In this document: positions 29,925-44,425 of the stretch, in pieces
Layout: every line of letters begins with the position of its first letter
Position numbering within the stretch: position 1 is the stretch's first letter
Assembly (NCBI GenBank): GCA_951406725.2
Contig: OX597826.1
Span: forward strand, 62,744,001-62,808,000
Direction of reading: 5' to 3'
Length of the DNA stretch: 64,000 bases
From: Octopus vulgaris
Taxonomy: Eukaryota
The notes under the pieces: model-generated
Told to the model about the DNA's origin: nothing
What the model saw: only the letters and a program-made list of their open reading frames with translations
Database searches by the model: none
Position numbers and translations under genes: made by a program

Positions 29925-30055
29925 ATATACGTATTAGAGGGAAACCACTATGTTTGCTAAATTTTTCTTGAGTATATTTCTAAGTGGTAAGACCATAGCG
30001 GATCTATTTCTAACATAAGGGTGTCCACATAGTGGTTTCCCTCTAATAAGTATAT
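29925..30055. repeat. 29 bp inverted repeat with 73 bp spacer
   Basis: atatacgtattagagggaaaccactatgt / acatagtggtttccctctaataagtatat, 28/29 matched. Confidence 0.9.
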
Positions 30056-30196
30056 AATAAAATTTTACTGAACCTTCAGTTTTTTTTATATGCTAGACCA
30101 CTGGCGTGAAATCGATCTTAATTAAATTAATATCTAATTTCTCACCCTCATTTTAAATTTACATTTATATATACATATAAATATATATATATTTAT

Positions 30197-30390
30197 AGTT
30201 AATCAAAACATGAAAACACAACAACGCGAGGACGTGGAACAAATATAGTATTATTGGACGCTCAGGAAAGAAGGAAAAAAGGAGGGTCTAACGTTTCGAG
30301 CGGAGCTCTTCGTCAGAAACATAGGAAAAGGAAAGATCCCAAAAAAGGGAAGACGGAGGAAAAAATCGCTAATAGTACACACGCAGTCAC
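30197..30390 (-). mobile_element. H1 element with intact hammerhead (30286-30320)
   Basis: Minus strand: GTTT CTGACGA A GAGC tcc GCTC GAA ACGT T AGAC. Confidence 0.85.
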
Positions 30391-30403
30391 ATCTTGAATG
30401 AAT

Positions 30404-30486
<83 letters not shown>

Positions 30487-31117
30487 GTAATCAAAATAAG
30501 CTATAGAATATCCACAACAGAGTGAAATAAGAGACAATATACAGAGAGAAAATGAAACTACTTGTACATTTCGCGCTCAAGCATGACGAATGATTAGAAA
30601 AAGTGTCAAAGAAGAAATTGAAAGAAAGGGAAATTATAATGTGCTGGTGATCCCAAAGAAGGTACGCTTGCGTATGAGTGTATGTAAGAATAGTGTGTGC
30701 GTGTGTGTGTGTGTGTACGCGTATGTGTGTGAATAGGGACTAGGGACTCTGAGGTGTGTGAGTGTGTGCGTGTGTGTGTGTCTGTAACGTGTGTGTGTGT
30801 GTGGGTTGTGTGTAGAAGCTGAGGTGTGCTTTTTGACGTGGTGTGTTGTCATGTATGTGTTTGTGTCTGTGACCAAACAGTGTGCATGTGTATCGTGTAT
30901 ATATGTGGTCGTACGTTAACTTTGTCTGTTTATGGCGCGTGTGTGAATGCGTTTTGCGTGTGTATGTAGATATAGCCTGTGTTTACGTATTTTGTGCTTG
31001 TGTTGGTGGTGGGAAGTGGTCAGTGCTATTGTGTGTGGAGTGGTGTGGGAAGATGGGGGTTGTGGGAGTGGGATGGTATCTATAGACAGATACATACATA
31101 CATACACACACATACAT

Positions 31118-31165
<48 letters not shown>

Positions 31166-31889
31166 TTATATCTGCTTGCAAACATGCCTATATATAGTGT
31201 CGTTCATGTATACTCATGTCTATGCACATACACGCACCTGCTCGCACACGCATATATATTATATCCCATAAAACCATGTGTGTATATGTGTAATGTTTCG
31301 GTCAGCGTGTGTATGTACTTTCGTGCTTCATATCTGTACAGAAGTGGTGTGAATGAATGTCCAAATGTTTACAACTAAACGTCAGACTGAGATATTATCA
31401 TAACAGCGTCCATTAAATATTTATTTTTCTATGAATTAGTTAAATACGTGTTTTCTTCTTATAGCTATAGTTTCGGTACAGAACTTCTGCGCATTGCTAT
31501 ACCTCGTAGAGACACCAGATGATCTTCCTTCCTGAAAACTGTCTCAGCCGTCTTAAAAGCAAAATGGATATTGTTGTAACATTTATGATTTGTTAGGCAT
31601 GGCTGGAATGCTTGTAATTCTACATCTGCTCGATCGGAGTTCATCTCCAGCTGAACGACGGAAACCAAAACAACGTTGTAGACAGATAAAGAAAGAGAGG
31701 GAGAGAGAGTGAGAGAGAAAGAGACTGACAAAGAGACAGACAGCACACATACTATATATATATATATATATATATACATATATATTCACATACATACATA
31801 TATATCTATATGCTATGTGGTTTACGTATGTATGTATATGTATACACATACATATATATATATATATATACATGTACATATACACACAA

Positions 31890-31958
<69 letters not shown>

Positions 31959-32549
31959 CACATATATACATTTATATATATATATACATATACATATATA
32001 TACATATATATATACATGTCTGTGTCACGCACAAAGAGACACATAAACACTCGGACATACATAAGGAAGAAACATAGTGCAACACACAAAGTCAAAAGCT
32101 CATTTAATTTAACCGAGTTTATTTTCAATTATGGAGCTGAAGATTCTATTAAAGATTTTATTAAAACTGGAAACAAATAGAAATTGCAGAATCGATACAA
32201 TTTGAACCTAGACATTTATCGTGACTTCATATCGTAAAAATATCCACCGTACAGTTTATAACTAGAATACACAGATGTATCCAACGCACGACAATAGCAC
32301 AATAATAAATACTCGCTTATTTAATAAAATGCAATAATACAATATCAATAATAATAATTGAGTATCAATTTGTCATTGACAGGAACATAGCAAATAATTG
32401 ACAAAGTTTTCGTCAATTTATCTCTCTCTGTCTTCTATAGATAAATATCTACATTGTTTTATTACATTTATGTCTCTTTTAAAGTAATTGTTTTAGCCTG
32501 CAAACATTAATGCATACACACAGACAGACAGACACATGCACATGTAAAT

Positions 32550-32590
<41 letters not shown>

Positions 32591-32606
32591 TATATATATA
32601 TATGAA

Positions 32607-32671
<65 letters not shown>

Positions 32672-32773
32672 GTATGTATGTATGTATGTATAAATATGGA
32701 CAGACAGATATTATCTAAAACACACGCTTACATATGTATTAAAATGTATGCATACCTCTGAAAACATAGGAAT

Positions 32774-32832
<59 letters not shown>

Positions 32833-32974
32833 CACACGTACGTTTACCGCTATAGGTACTATGATAGGAAAGAGAATAATTTGAGATGCACATAAAAGTA
32901 CATACCAAAAAATGTCTACACGATCAATAACAACAGCAACATTGCAACAGCAATAACAGCAATAATACTAAATA

Positions 32975-33028
32975 TAATAATAATGATAAAATAATAATAA
33001 TAATAATAATAATAATCATAATAATAAC

Positions 33029-33078
<50 letters not shown>

Positions 33079-33101
33079 CGATGATGATGATGAGGATGAT
33101 G

Positions 33102-33184
<83 letters not shown>

Positions 33185-33220
33185 GATAATAATAAAGATA
33201 ATAATAGTAATAGTAATACT
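32975..33220. repeat. (AAT)n/(GAT)n microsatellite
   Basis: Direct reading. Confidence 0.95.
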
Positions 33221-36188
33221 ATCAGGACAGGGGCAAATATGGTAGAAAAGGAATTATTGATAAGTGATCTACGAAACCTATAGAGTAAACGGTAATTGTA
33301 GTGTAACGAATTGATTGTTATCGCCCTAATATAAGTTCTTCAGATTTTAGACAGATAAGTGAAAAGCTCAATCTTCATATTTATTGATACAGTCATTATC
33401 ATTAGTACTATTGTTTTTGTTGTTGGTGTTTAATATTTATTGATATTCTTATCGTTGTTAATATAAAGAAAAATAAGCGATATAACTCCATTATTGGTGA
33501 TAGTTGTGACTTTCTTTTTATTATCATTCTTTGCTGATGAAATAGATGTGATTCCCAAGTAGCTCTTTGAAACAACATGTTTTATAAGATGAAAATATGC
33601 GCCATCTTTAAAACAGAGATACAGGAGAAAAGCAGCTCCAACAAAATTCTCGTATTCCGATGACTTCCTAAAGTTTGAAATCTTCCACCACAAACGATGA
33701 AAACGAAAAAATATAACATTGTGTCTTACTATTGACCAATGTTTTAATTAATTTATATTTTATTATATTTCAAAGTCTGTGTTTAATTTTGACATGAAAT
33801 ATATATATATATATCTACACTGCACCCACAAAAATTGATACCGAGAAGGTACAAAATATCACATTCCACAGATAGAAAATAAACAATCAAAAAATGAGAA
33901 CAGTATGTTCAATGTAATGTATGTGAAACCCAGTAAAATAATACCTACCTCAAATTAAATTAATATGGTATAATCAAAGTGTTAATAACCAGCTAAAAGA
34001 AAACACGACCCTTTGACGCCGAGCATAAATATAACACGTAAAATCTTTGTGAATACCAGTAACAACTCCAGCAACAGTACACATGCATGTACTGCATTGG
34101 GCGCAAACAAGAATAGTGAAAGGATGGCCTTCAGAAAATCTCATTTAAATGAAGGCCTTCAATATATAACGCTTTGCTTGAGCTTCAAACGTGCCAGCAT
34201 TTCCAGTTCAATCTGTGCACAGACTGTGCAAAGAACACATTAAGCTCTCTTGTTCCATCCGAATAAGTACTGGGAGAGTCTTGACAGATGTCTTTACTGA
34301 AACATTTTTTCATCGAGAAAGAGAGGGTTAGGGCACCAAATAATCAACTGTAAAACAAAGAACAAAGCGAAAGCATAAGCTGAGATTGTACGTCACACCT
34401 CTCCATAAGTTATTCCCTAGCCTATGGGAAAGAGAGACACAAGATTTCCTTCCAGGGACATATGTAACACAGTCAATCTCTGGATGGTAGTTAACTTCGT
34501 GGCACAATATGGGCAAGGGATTAGTACTGATGTAACATTTGTCGATATGTAACCAGATAGGACGAATATGGGGATACAAGTTCTCATATCCACACAAGAT
34601 CGCAAAAACAATACCAGCACTCTGTTTTATAGATGGTGCAGTGAAAAAAGACTTCAAAGGTAAGCGAATTTGCTGCAGTATATGTGGGAGAGCCTAACTC
34701 ATTTAAAAGCTTTCTGCTCAGAAAATCTAAAAGAACAATAGTAACAGTTCCCACAGATTCTCAATCCTAAACCACACCGTATACATAAATGATGAAAACG
34801 ACTCTGGATCCTAAACTCAGTAAGTTTTGAGTGTCTAAGAAGTTTCTGTTCTTTTTTTTTTTTATTTTATTGTAATCTTATTTTATTTTATTTTATTTTG
34901 TTATTCTTTGAGTGGATAACGTGTTTCACAGCACTGAAGCCACTTTTATGTGCAATCAGCTATAAAACCAGTGGCACAACAAAGACCAGAAACCCATTGC
35001 ATTTCAGATTTTTTACACGAAATTACGTTCTCCTAGAAAATAGCTCTAACGGGAACAATAGGCCCTATATTCCCAATGATTTACTTGATAGTTAAGCTAT
35101 AGCTGGAATCCTAACAGGAGTTATTAACCCGGGTCAGAATAGACCTAAGAATAATAATGGCCAAGCTGTGGTACCAAACTCATCAAAACCCTGGAAATGC
35201 CCTAACAGGAGCCACCACTGCAGTTTAATATCATAGCACAGCATCTGCACAATAAAATTCAGCCTAAATGTCTCGATTGGTCTGCTAATGTAGTATACAT
35301 ATATTCAAGTTACGCATGCAGTTGAACTGAACTCGAAACCACGTTGTTGCAAAGCAAAGTCCATTATCACAACCATACAAATGCATGTGTGTCTGTATGT
35401 GAATATACCGGGATTTGGCTGTATATACACGAGTAGAAGAATACATCTGCTACTATAATTTTGAATATGACAGTAGTTTGTTTAACATCTATATCCAAAT
35501 ACCGCTCTGCTGGTCAGAACTCAATTTCCTGCGCTATATGACATGTTATAAGAAATGAAGTGTTAAGCTGTATAATTTCCCGTTTAATTTCGTGTGCTTC
35601 ATTCGTCTACTGCCGAAAGTATTTCCCCGATTCGTTACACGTGATTTTAGTAATATTGTCCTCATTATGTATACGTACTCTGTATTTAAATACTTTTATG
35701 ATTATCAGGATTGGTATCAATGTATAAACTTATATATTCTTGAACTGTGCTATTCGTAACCTTGTTAACCGTCTCTGCTTTTTTTTCATCCAAATACTTG
35801 GTTTATTATTATGAACTCTAAATGAGAGAGCGCTGTTTGTGCAGGGTGAGAAGATACTGATTCTTGGAAGAAAAATTAGCAATTATTAGCATACTTGAAT
35901 GAAACTAGAACTACCAAACCTAACATAGGTGACGATCACGTAATCAGCAATTCAAAATGGCGCTTGGTTTTAGCCGGAACAGGAAACGTTATACAGAACA
36001 GGAACAAAGCGTTGCTTCATTATAGAATTTCCAAACAACGAGAAACAAATCTACTGAAATATTGGAATGGGAAGCTTTGTCGATTTGGATTGAAGATAGC
36101 TGTCCTTTAAGTTAAATGACCATCACATCGAAGGCTGTCAGTTCAGAGAAAACGTAGAAGTGTTTCCGAAACTAAAGAGTAACTAACA

Positions 36189-36605
36189 TACTCCTTACTC
36201 TTTACTCTTTTATTTGTTTCAGTCATTTGACTGCGGCCATGCAGGAGCACCGCCTTTAGTCGAGCAAATCGACCCCAGGACTTATTCTTTGTAAGCCCAG
36301 TACTTATTCTATCGGTCTCTTTTGCCGAACCGCTAAGTGACGGGGACGTAAACACACCAGCATCGGTTGTCAAGCAATGCTAGGGGGACAAACACAGACA
36401 CACAAAGATACACATACATATACATATATATACATATATATACGACAGGCTTCTTTCAGTTTCCGTCTACCAAATCCACTCACAGGGCATTGGTCGGCCC
36501 GAGGCTATAGTAGAAGACACTTGACCAAGATGCCACGTAGTGGGACTGAACCCGGAACCATGTGGTTGGTTAGCAAGCTACTTACCACACAGCCACTCCT
36601 GCGCC
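36189..36605 (-). mobile_element. tRNA-derived SINE family A, full length, with internal microsatellite
   Basis: Minus strand head aggagtggctgtgtggtaag...gggttcagtccc (A/B boxes); 3' gcatggccgcagtcaaatgactgaaac plus (AAAGAGT)n-like tail. Confidence 0.9.
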
Positions 36606-37029
36606 TATAACACTTTTTCGAAAGTAGAATGATAAGCTTCCCTTGAAAATTTATTGAAACTAGAAATAACCAACTAACTTTTCCACTCTCTTATAAAGCA
36701 AGATATTTTTGAGTTTGTAGTCCATGATATACACAAAAAGATGTATGGAATATCTTACGCAACATACATTGTTTAAATCTAACAGATACTTATCTCATTC
36801 TCCCTCGTGTAGAGCACACTGCAGTATTTATCAAAGACTATATTGAACAACGTAATACCTGATGACAGGACGGTCACGACAAGAATGCCTTTTATTATAA
36901 GTCTGCGCCAACAGATCAAACCTGAGTCTAAAAATAGCAAAGGAAACTCTACGTAGTAAACAATGACAGAACCTGTGACGACCAAATTTCCATAAAATTA
37001 CTTCGTGCAACGAAGGACACATTGGATAA

Positions 37030-37195
37030 TCGCCGTCGGCAGCGGCGTCTTTATCTGGTATCCGAGAATTTAGTTTCTTTGCTGGACGCTTCGTATATGG
37101 TAATAGCGTTGATGACTCTGTAGATCAATACTTGCATCGAAGAGTCGCTGGCATTGACTACATGGAAATGTTGGTGGAGAAACGAAGTTGATAAA
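37030..37195 (-). mobile_element. RTE-type LINE 3' end fragment
   Basis: Minus strand TFPCSQCQRLFDASIDLQSHQRYYH Cys/His motif, then a stop and short 3' UTR. Confidence 0.6.
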
Positions 37196-37376
37196 TGACG
37201 AAATAAAAAGCATGAATTTTATTTTTTCTTAGTTTTACTTCATCAGACGTTACTGAATCTGAACACATCAATCTACCCCTAATTTCAAATTACCTCACAT
37301 TTCCCTATAATCAGATTATATTTCCTCACTTCCCATAGGACTTCGCCAACACTTAGATTCTATATGTTCTTGCTCA

Positions 37377-37432
<56 letters not shown>

Positions 37433-37839
37433 GTCGAGGATAAAATGTGAAAAATGAAGAGATGTTTTGCGGCGTAATCTGAAATTGCAACAACAACGCG
37501 TAAATGCAACACACAAAGAGTCTCAATGCAGAAGTCTCACCTGCAAAATATACCAACAGATCATATTCTGTTGTCATTAAAGCAAACATTGTAGTTTCGT
37601 ATATATATATGCTCAAAGTTGATTAGAAATTATTAAGGTATCTCTACGCCAGTTAGAAATAGCCAGCCAAAGTTCAACCAGATCCCACGTTCTACCGTCG
37701 GGGAGATCACCCGATAGTATAAGCGATATGAATGCAAAATTTCCTCACGCCATTGTATATAGAGATACAGCGAATCTTAGTTTAATTTACACGACATTTT
37801 TACGATATAATCAACTATACCTACACGCACACGCACACG

Positions 37840-37897
<58 letters not shown>

Positions 37898-38036
37898 AAC
37901 ACACACATTAATGTTTGTTTTTATGTTCAGATAAAATTTTCAAGAGTAAAAATTTATTGTTTTAAAAAAGAATAGGATTGAGAATGACTTCGATGTTTCA
38001 ACCAGCTAATCCGTCGCCGAGCTGCATATGTGTGTA

Positions 38037-38094
<58 letters not shown>

Positions 38095-38891
38095 TGTGAT
38101 TTTGTGTGTGTGACTGTGTGTGTGTGTGTGTTGTTTACTTCTCAGACACATGCTTCCGAGTTCAGTCCCCACTGCTCAAGTGTTTTTTTGCTATAGCCTC
38201 GAGCCGTCCGAAGCTTTGCATGTCGATTTCGCACGAGGAATCTAAAGGGACTCTACCGTATTTATATATATTGACCGCTAACTCCATTATTTTTCTCTCT
38301 CTGTTTCCTTGTGTTCATTTCAGTTGAAAAGCGCAGGCTCGAAGCGTAAAAAACTTATATATACCTATTAGCGCCCTTATTTAAAATTATGCGAGCTTGT
38401 ACATTTCATTATGTATATGCTTATGTATGTTTACGTGTTAGCATAAGTACGTTTTTGTGTGGTTATATATGTAAGCCTGTGCTTTTAGGTAAATATATCA
38501 CCGGATATTTAATTGTTAGTGCGGGTATACATATAAATATTATTTACGCTTTTTCTTCTGTGTACACACACACGCACACATACATATATACACATACACA
38601 CACGCACGCACACAAACATAACTGCAAGGGTCCGATTTCCAGCTCTCGTGTTTGCTCCTTTTCGATTAATACACACGGCAGGTAAACCGAGCCTGGTTTT
38701 CTTTTGAATATCCCCTTTCAAATGAAAACCAGAATCAATTTACCAGCTGCTGATTGGCAACAAGCAGCTCTGAGTACAGGAAAGCAGACCCTTTCAGTTA
38801 CGATGTACCAAAGAATACCCTACAATATGTATTGGGTCCTGTAATTTATCGCCTCACGAAGAGATTTACACACACATACACACACAGGCCA

Positions 38892-38952
38892 GATAACCGA
38901 AGAGATGGTGTTGTGGATTTCCACTTCGGCATCCGAAACACAGAGTTTTATC
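38892..38952 (+). ncRNA. Type I hammerhead motif with CCGAAGA core and extended stem II
   Basis: Stem I GATAA/TTATC; CCGAAGA; GATG...CATC with inner GTGGA/TCCAC; GAAACACAGAGT T. Confidence 0.65.
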
Positions 38953-39053
38953 TTGACTATTGAATAATTGTAACATATTATTTTATTGATAAATTTCCTA
39001 TACTTACATAATACTGAGGTCTCTTTCTTTCTTTTGTTATCTTACCGTTTTTA

Positions 39054-39098
<45 letters not shown>

Positions 39099-39311
39099 AA
39101 AATGGAGGCAGTCAGAACTTTGGATAATTCTTTATTTTTTTAGCGCTTTCGTTCGTTTAACCGACCGCTAGGACTTCGGTTAAGGAAATGAAAGTGATAG
39201 TTAAAAATTTATCCCAAACTCTGATACCTCCGTTTTCTTAATATACAATATCTGTACACCACTTCAAACACTACATACATACATACATACATACATACAT
39301 ACATACATACA

Positions 39312-39344
<33 letters not shown>

Positions 39345-39807
39345 GTGCTTACTTTCAGTGAGTGCAGTGGAGTACATTTCGTTTTTTATTAATTCACTTA
39401 TTCGCTCCTGCTCCATGTTCATCGCTGCAAGGACTTATCAACTAAAGTGATTTCTTTCTTCTCTATGGATATTATGAAATATCAACCAATACCGATACGG
39501 CGTCCTACGATGCCTGCCAGTTAAGTCTGATCTCATCTTTACACTTCTATCACTTTGGCTGTCAATCTGAATTTCCTGAGGCGATAACTATTTAGCTTTT
39601 TGGCTTTTTTTTTTCCTGGATTGTTGTGTTTCTGTTTTAAATTTGAGATTAACATTTCATCTTTTTGTGGTTAAGTGGTTTGTAATATTCCATGAAGCTA
39701 TGATATTATTTGCGCCAAAAAGAAAAACATGAAATCTCTTCAAATTTTTTGTGGCAAGAAACGTGATTTGTTTGGCAGCGTCATTTACATACAGACCTCC
39801 CCAAAAG

Positions 39808-39821
39808 AGTAGTAGTAGTAA

Positions 39822-39891
<70 letters not shown>

Positions 39892-40032
39892 GGCGGCGGC
39901 GGTAGTGGTGTTGGTGGTAGTGGTTGTGGTTGTTTAGTGTTTGAAGTGCTAGTGGTTGTGATGGTAATAGAAATAGTGCTTATTACGGTAGCAGTAGTAA
40001 TACTGGTAGTAGTAGTAGTAGTAGTAGTAATA

Positions 40033-40095
<63 letters not shown>

Positions 40096-40162
40096 ATAGC
40101 AGTAATAGTTGCTGTTACTGGTGGTAATGGTGGTACTTCTAGTAGTGGTTCTGGTAGTGGTG
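39808..40162. repeat. (AGT)n/(GGT)n low-complexity array
   Basis: Direct reading. Confidence 0.95.
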
Positions 40163-40455
40163 GGAGATAGTAATTTCTCTATTCTGATTAAATGGACCAT
40201 TCAGAGAGCATAGCAATATCGATGGGATTGCTTCTTGACCGAACATGTACATTAAATGTGCCCCAAAACATCCACATGCATATCTGCACATATACGCATT
40301 CATGCCAGTCATAACAGCCCTATATCCTACCCCCAGTCATCACATCCTGGATGTTGCTCTAGGTCATATTTCTGAAGACTAGCAGGACGGATGTCTAAGT
40401 CTACTTGCGAATATATACATATATATATATATTTCTCTTTCTCCCTGTCTTCCCC

Positions 40456-40847
40456 TTACTTGTTTCAGTCATTTGACTGCGGCCATGCTGGAGCACCCCC
40501 TTTAGTCGTGCAAATCGACCCCAGGACTTATTCTTTGGAAACCTAGTACTTATTCTATCGGATCCCTTTTGCCGAACCGCTAGGTAACGGGGACGTAAAC
40601 ACACCCACCACCGTCGGTTGTCAAGTGATGCTGGAGGACAAACACAGACACACAAATATACACACACACATACATATATGTATATACATATATACGATGG
40701 GTTTTTTTCAGTTTCCGTCCACCAAATCCACTCACAAGGCTTTGCTCGGCCCGAGGCTATAGTAGAAGACACTTGACCAAGGTGCCACGCAGTGGGAATG
40801 AACCCGGAACCATGTGGTTGGTAGGCAAGCTACTTAATACACATCCA

Positions 40848-40850
<3 letters not shown>
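40456..40850 (-). mobile_element. SINE family A, full length
   Basis: Colinear with 36189-36605. Confidence 0.9.
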
Positions 40851-40897
<47 letters not shown>

Positions 40898-41073
40898 AAT
40901 GTTAGGGCCAAGCAATGTTTAGGCATAAGCAAACTTTACGTTCGTTAATATATGTTTGTGATACAGTTCAACTACTAAAAGGCAAATACACTGCAATTGC
41001 CGTGGATAAAATATCTTTTTTACGGTAAACGATGGGAAAACACCCGGTTTATTCAGTGTTGTAATCTATCAAG

Positions 41074-41122
41074 AATCCCAGACATCGACGTTTCGAGTTT
41101 ATTGACTCTCGTCAATGGGATT
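41074..41122 (-). ncRNA. Type I hammerhead motif with TTGACGA core
   Basis: Minus strand: AATCCCA TTGACGA GAGT caataa ACTC GAA ACGT C gatgtc TGGGATT. Confidence 0.65.
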
Positions 41123-41401
41123 TACCTAAGAGAGGCAACTCTAAACAGACTTACAAAGCAATATGTAATTTTTGTGACAAGACATGTGATTATTAGGATG
41201 TTGCACTCACGATTGCGATATCGTGGGTTCGATTCCCAGACCAGGCGTTGCGTTGTGTTCATTTCACATTACTCTGCGATCATTTCGACATCTGACATGC
41301 GGCACCCAGTTGGACCTGTACAGGTAATGTCGATTTAATGAAGGAGGGGGGGCTTTATTTAATCACTATAAGCAAATCATACGTAGTATATATGAGGAGA
41401 C

Positions 41402-41730
41402 ACCCTTCGGTCATGAATGACCATGGGATTGAACCTAGTAAGTTACCCTCTGAGGCACAAGTCAGGGCAGGATTGTTTGTGGAAGGCTAGCAGTTGCCCA
41501 TGCACACGAGCCTCCCCTCTCCTCACCACTGATGTTATCCAAGGGAAAGGCAAAGTCCGATACAGCTTGGCACCAGTGATATCGCAAGTCATTTCTACTG
41601 CTGAGTTAACTGGAGCAACGGGAAATAAAGTGTCTTGCTCAAGAACACAACACACAACCAGGTCCGGGAATCAAACTCACAACTTCGTGATCGTAAGCTG
41701 TACGCTCTAACCACTGAGCCATGCGCCTTC
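41402..41730 (-). mobile_element. SINE family C, full length (an opposed diverged head lies at ~41185-41340)
   Basis: Colinear with 29242-29577. Confidence 0.9.
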
Positions 41731-41732
41731 AC

Positions 41733-41785
<53 letters not shown>

Positions 41786-41945
41786 ATATATATATATATA
41801 CGGCCAAAATAAAAATCGTAAAGCATGATATTTTATCAAGCCATAGTTGCGCACCATTGACGGCTATCTTTATCTCTGAGGCACCGTGCGATGTGGCCAT
41901 CTTCAAATTTAAAATGTGAACTTTATTTCCCGATATATTCTGATA

Positions 41946-42265
41946 TGGTTGTGTGGCAACAAGTTTGCTTCCCAACAATATGGTTTCAGATTCAGTCCCA
42001 TTGCGTGGCATCCTGGGTAAGTGTCTTTTGCAATAGCCTTGGTTCGACCAAATCTTTATGAGCGGATTTGGTAGACGGAAACTTAAAAAAAAACCTGCTT
42101 GACGTCCGGTTGGTCTGTTTACGTAACATGGTGCTTCGACAAAAGAGACCGATACAATAAGTATCACAATTTAAGAACATAGTTATGGGGTCTATACTTT
42201 CGACTAAAACACTTTTACGTGGTGCTCCACTGTGACCTCAAAGTAATGAACGAAACCAATAAAAG
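41946..42265 (+). mobile_element. Diverged SINE family A
   Basis: tggttgtgtggcaacaagtttgcttcccaac...gattcagtccc...ggatttggtagacggaaact. Confidence 0.8.
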
Positions 42266-43768
42266 GAGAGAGATCATTGCCAGTTCCTTTATTGATTATT
42301 TTAAAGGTACTGTATTCGAGAGTTAATGTTTGGTTTATATGTTGCTTCTAATAAATCTTCCGTTCTTAATCTAATTTTCTTTTTAGATTTTCTATATCGA
42401 GTAGTTGTTTTATCCTCTGAAATGCTTTGCTTCGTGTTCTGTATTGCAATGTACCATAATGTGAAGTTAATGGATCAGGAGCTGGCGTGTAATTTTCGTA
42501 CATGTGCCCCATGTAGCAATTTGAGTCAACTGGTTTACAACTATTTATATTTACTTTTTAATTATGTATTATGTATTATGTTGTTTTTTTTAACTAGAAT
42601 GTTTTCTTCAGCTATAAGCTTTTGGCTTTGTATTGACAGAATTTTGATTTTTGTTTTTAAAATATATTCTTACTCTTAGTATTATCACTGTTTGTCGTCA
42701 GACATAACGAGTTTTTGATGACGCATTCAGCCATTCAACAATAAAATACATTTGCTTCATGTTTTATATGTGGTGTGAGTTGTTCTTACTTAGCTCCAGG
42801 AGCAACTCTATAATCATAAGCATTATTCATGATCTTTCTTTCTGGCAAAATACATCCAGGAATACATTATCCAATCTGTACCCTAAATAGGATATGAGCT
42901 GAGAAACACATTTTTGTTTTTTTCCCGTTTCATTGCTGTACTATAACAATGCGTAGAATTTCCTGCTTGCTTTTATTAGGTGTCAAGTCTGTGGCCATTG
43001 GGTTTGTTGGATGTGGTTGTAGATTCGGCTCAACTAAAATATTCAGTAGTATGTTAAAGACAACTGTTTATTTAATTCCTTTAGTTTCGTTTTCTAAAGT
43101 ATATTTCGAGGAATGCTAAAAATTACATAAAATTATCAGGCAAAATATGAACTGATCCAATAATGGACTACTCCACGCATAAATTAATGAGACATTTTAT
43201 AACAGCAAAATACACGTAGTTTTTTTCAGAATCTACGCCATAGATTAAAACTAATGCGTGTCGACTAACTCTCTAAACAAAATATAAACTAAAATTTTTG
43301 GAATGTTTCAAGCTAAAAGAATAATTCGCACAAACAGATTTTCTGCAAGTTTCTCATAAACAGAATATTTATTTTCCCTTTCTTCCCCCGCCTAGCCATA
43401 TTATCCATTTCTGCAAGTGCCATACTCAAAGAAGAGCTATAATTCACCAAAACTACATATAATACATATTCTACAACACATAAATTGCTCGGATAACTTT
43501 GCAAACGCATTTAAGTAAATCTTGCTTTTATAAATGTCGTAGTTTAAACCTGTTATTAATCGATACCGAAACTACTAGCCATTTACAAACCTGGTATTTC
43601 ACAAACTGCGTAAGACCATTTCGCATTTTGAAGGCTACTTTAATCCTAAGAATTTTGTACCGACTTAGATATTAGTAGGCTTACACTACTAGTGAACAAT
43701 ACTGGAATACCTTTGTGTATGATATGTTTGCGTATATGAATATGAATGAATGTATGTATGTATATATG

Positions 43769-43847
<79 letters not shown>

Positions 43848-44200
43848 TATGATATTATTCTGCATAATACGAAAGATACCGTCTTCACCTCAGCTAAGGA
43901 CTTAGTATTGCAGCAGCTTGGGGTTTAGGGTACCAGAACTGTTTAACACCCTCCTAAGGAAACTATGAGACCTGCAATTTGTAGATAAGCAACTGGACAA
44001 ATTTGTATCTGAAATCTCAGATGAGCCAACATTGCCGCAGGAGGCACAAAAAAGAGCAGCTTCGTCCAGCTTGCCTCTTCACCAAAAACAGCAGCGAAAG
44101 GAGACCCAAACACTCAAAGGCAATTGCTAATTCCTTTTCACTGTTTATGTTGAATATACCTAAAAAATACAGTTCTGTATTTAGGAGATGAGGAATTATG

Positions 44201-44314
44201 TACATTATTTACATTATTTACATTTGATGGATATTTATCCTCATCTTGTTTGTTGTTAACGACAAACAAGATGAGGACAAATCTCTTTCAAATGTAAATA
44301 ATGTAAATAATGTA
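44201..44314. repeat. 114 bp spacer-less palindrome (57 bp arms, 5 mismatches)
   Basis: Centre gtt|aac at 44257/44258; whole insert flanked by tatacctaa at 44155-44163 and 44313-44321. Confidence 0.9.
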
Positions 44315-44425
44315 TACCTAAGATATGTTTAGCTCATAAAATAGTTCTGCTCAAAAGAAATGTTGTCACGAACGCAGCACTACCACTTGTGAATTATATG
44401 TACTGTGTTAATCCTAGCAAATATA

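Noticed and set aside
33430-33693. 87 aa ORF and a CTGATGA...GAAAC pair
   Set aside because: No homology recognised; stems I and II do not pair.
34200-34710. Possible L1/Tx1-like relic on the minus strand
   Set aside because: Only vague resemblance; no clear motif.
36140-36184. Hammerhead-like stems (GAAAAC/GTTTCC, GAAACTAAAGAGTA)
   Set aside because: Core is unrecognisable (TCAGA); at best a dead relic.
39140-39185. Minus-strand CCGAAG...GAAAGCGCTA motif
   Set aside because: Core incomplete and stem II mismatched.
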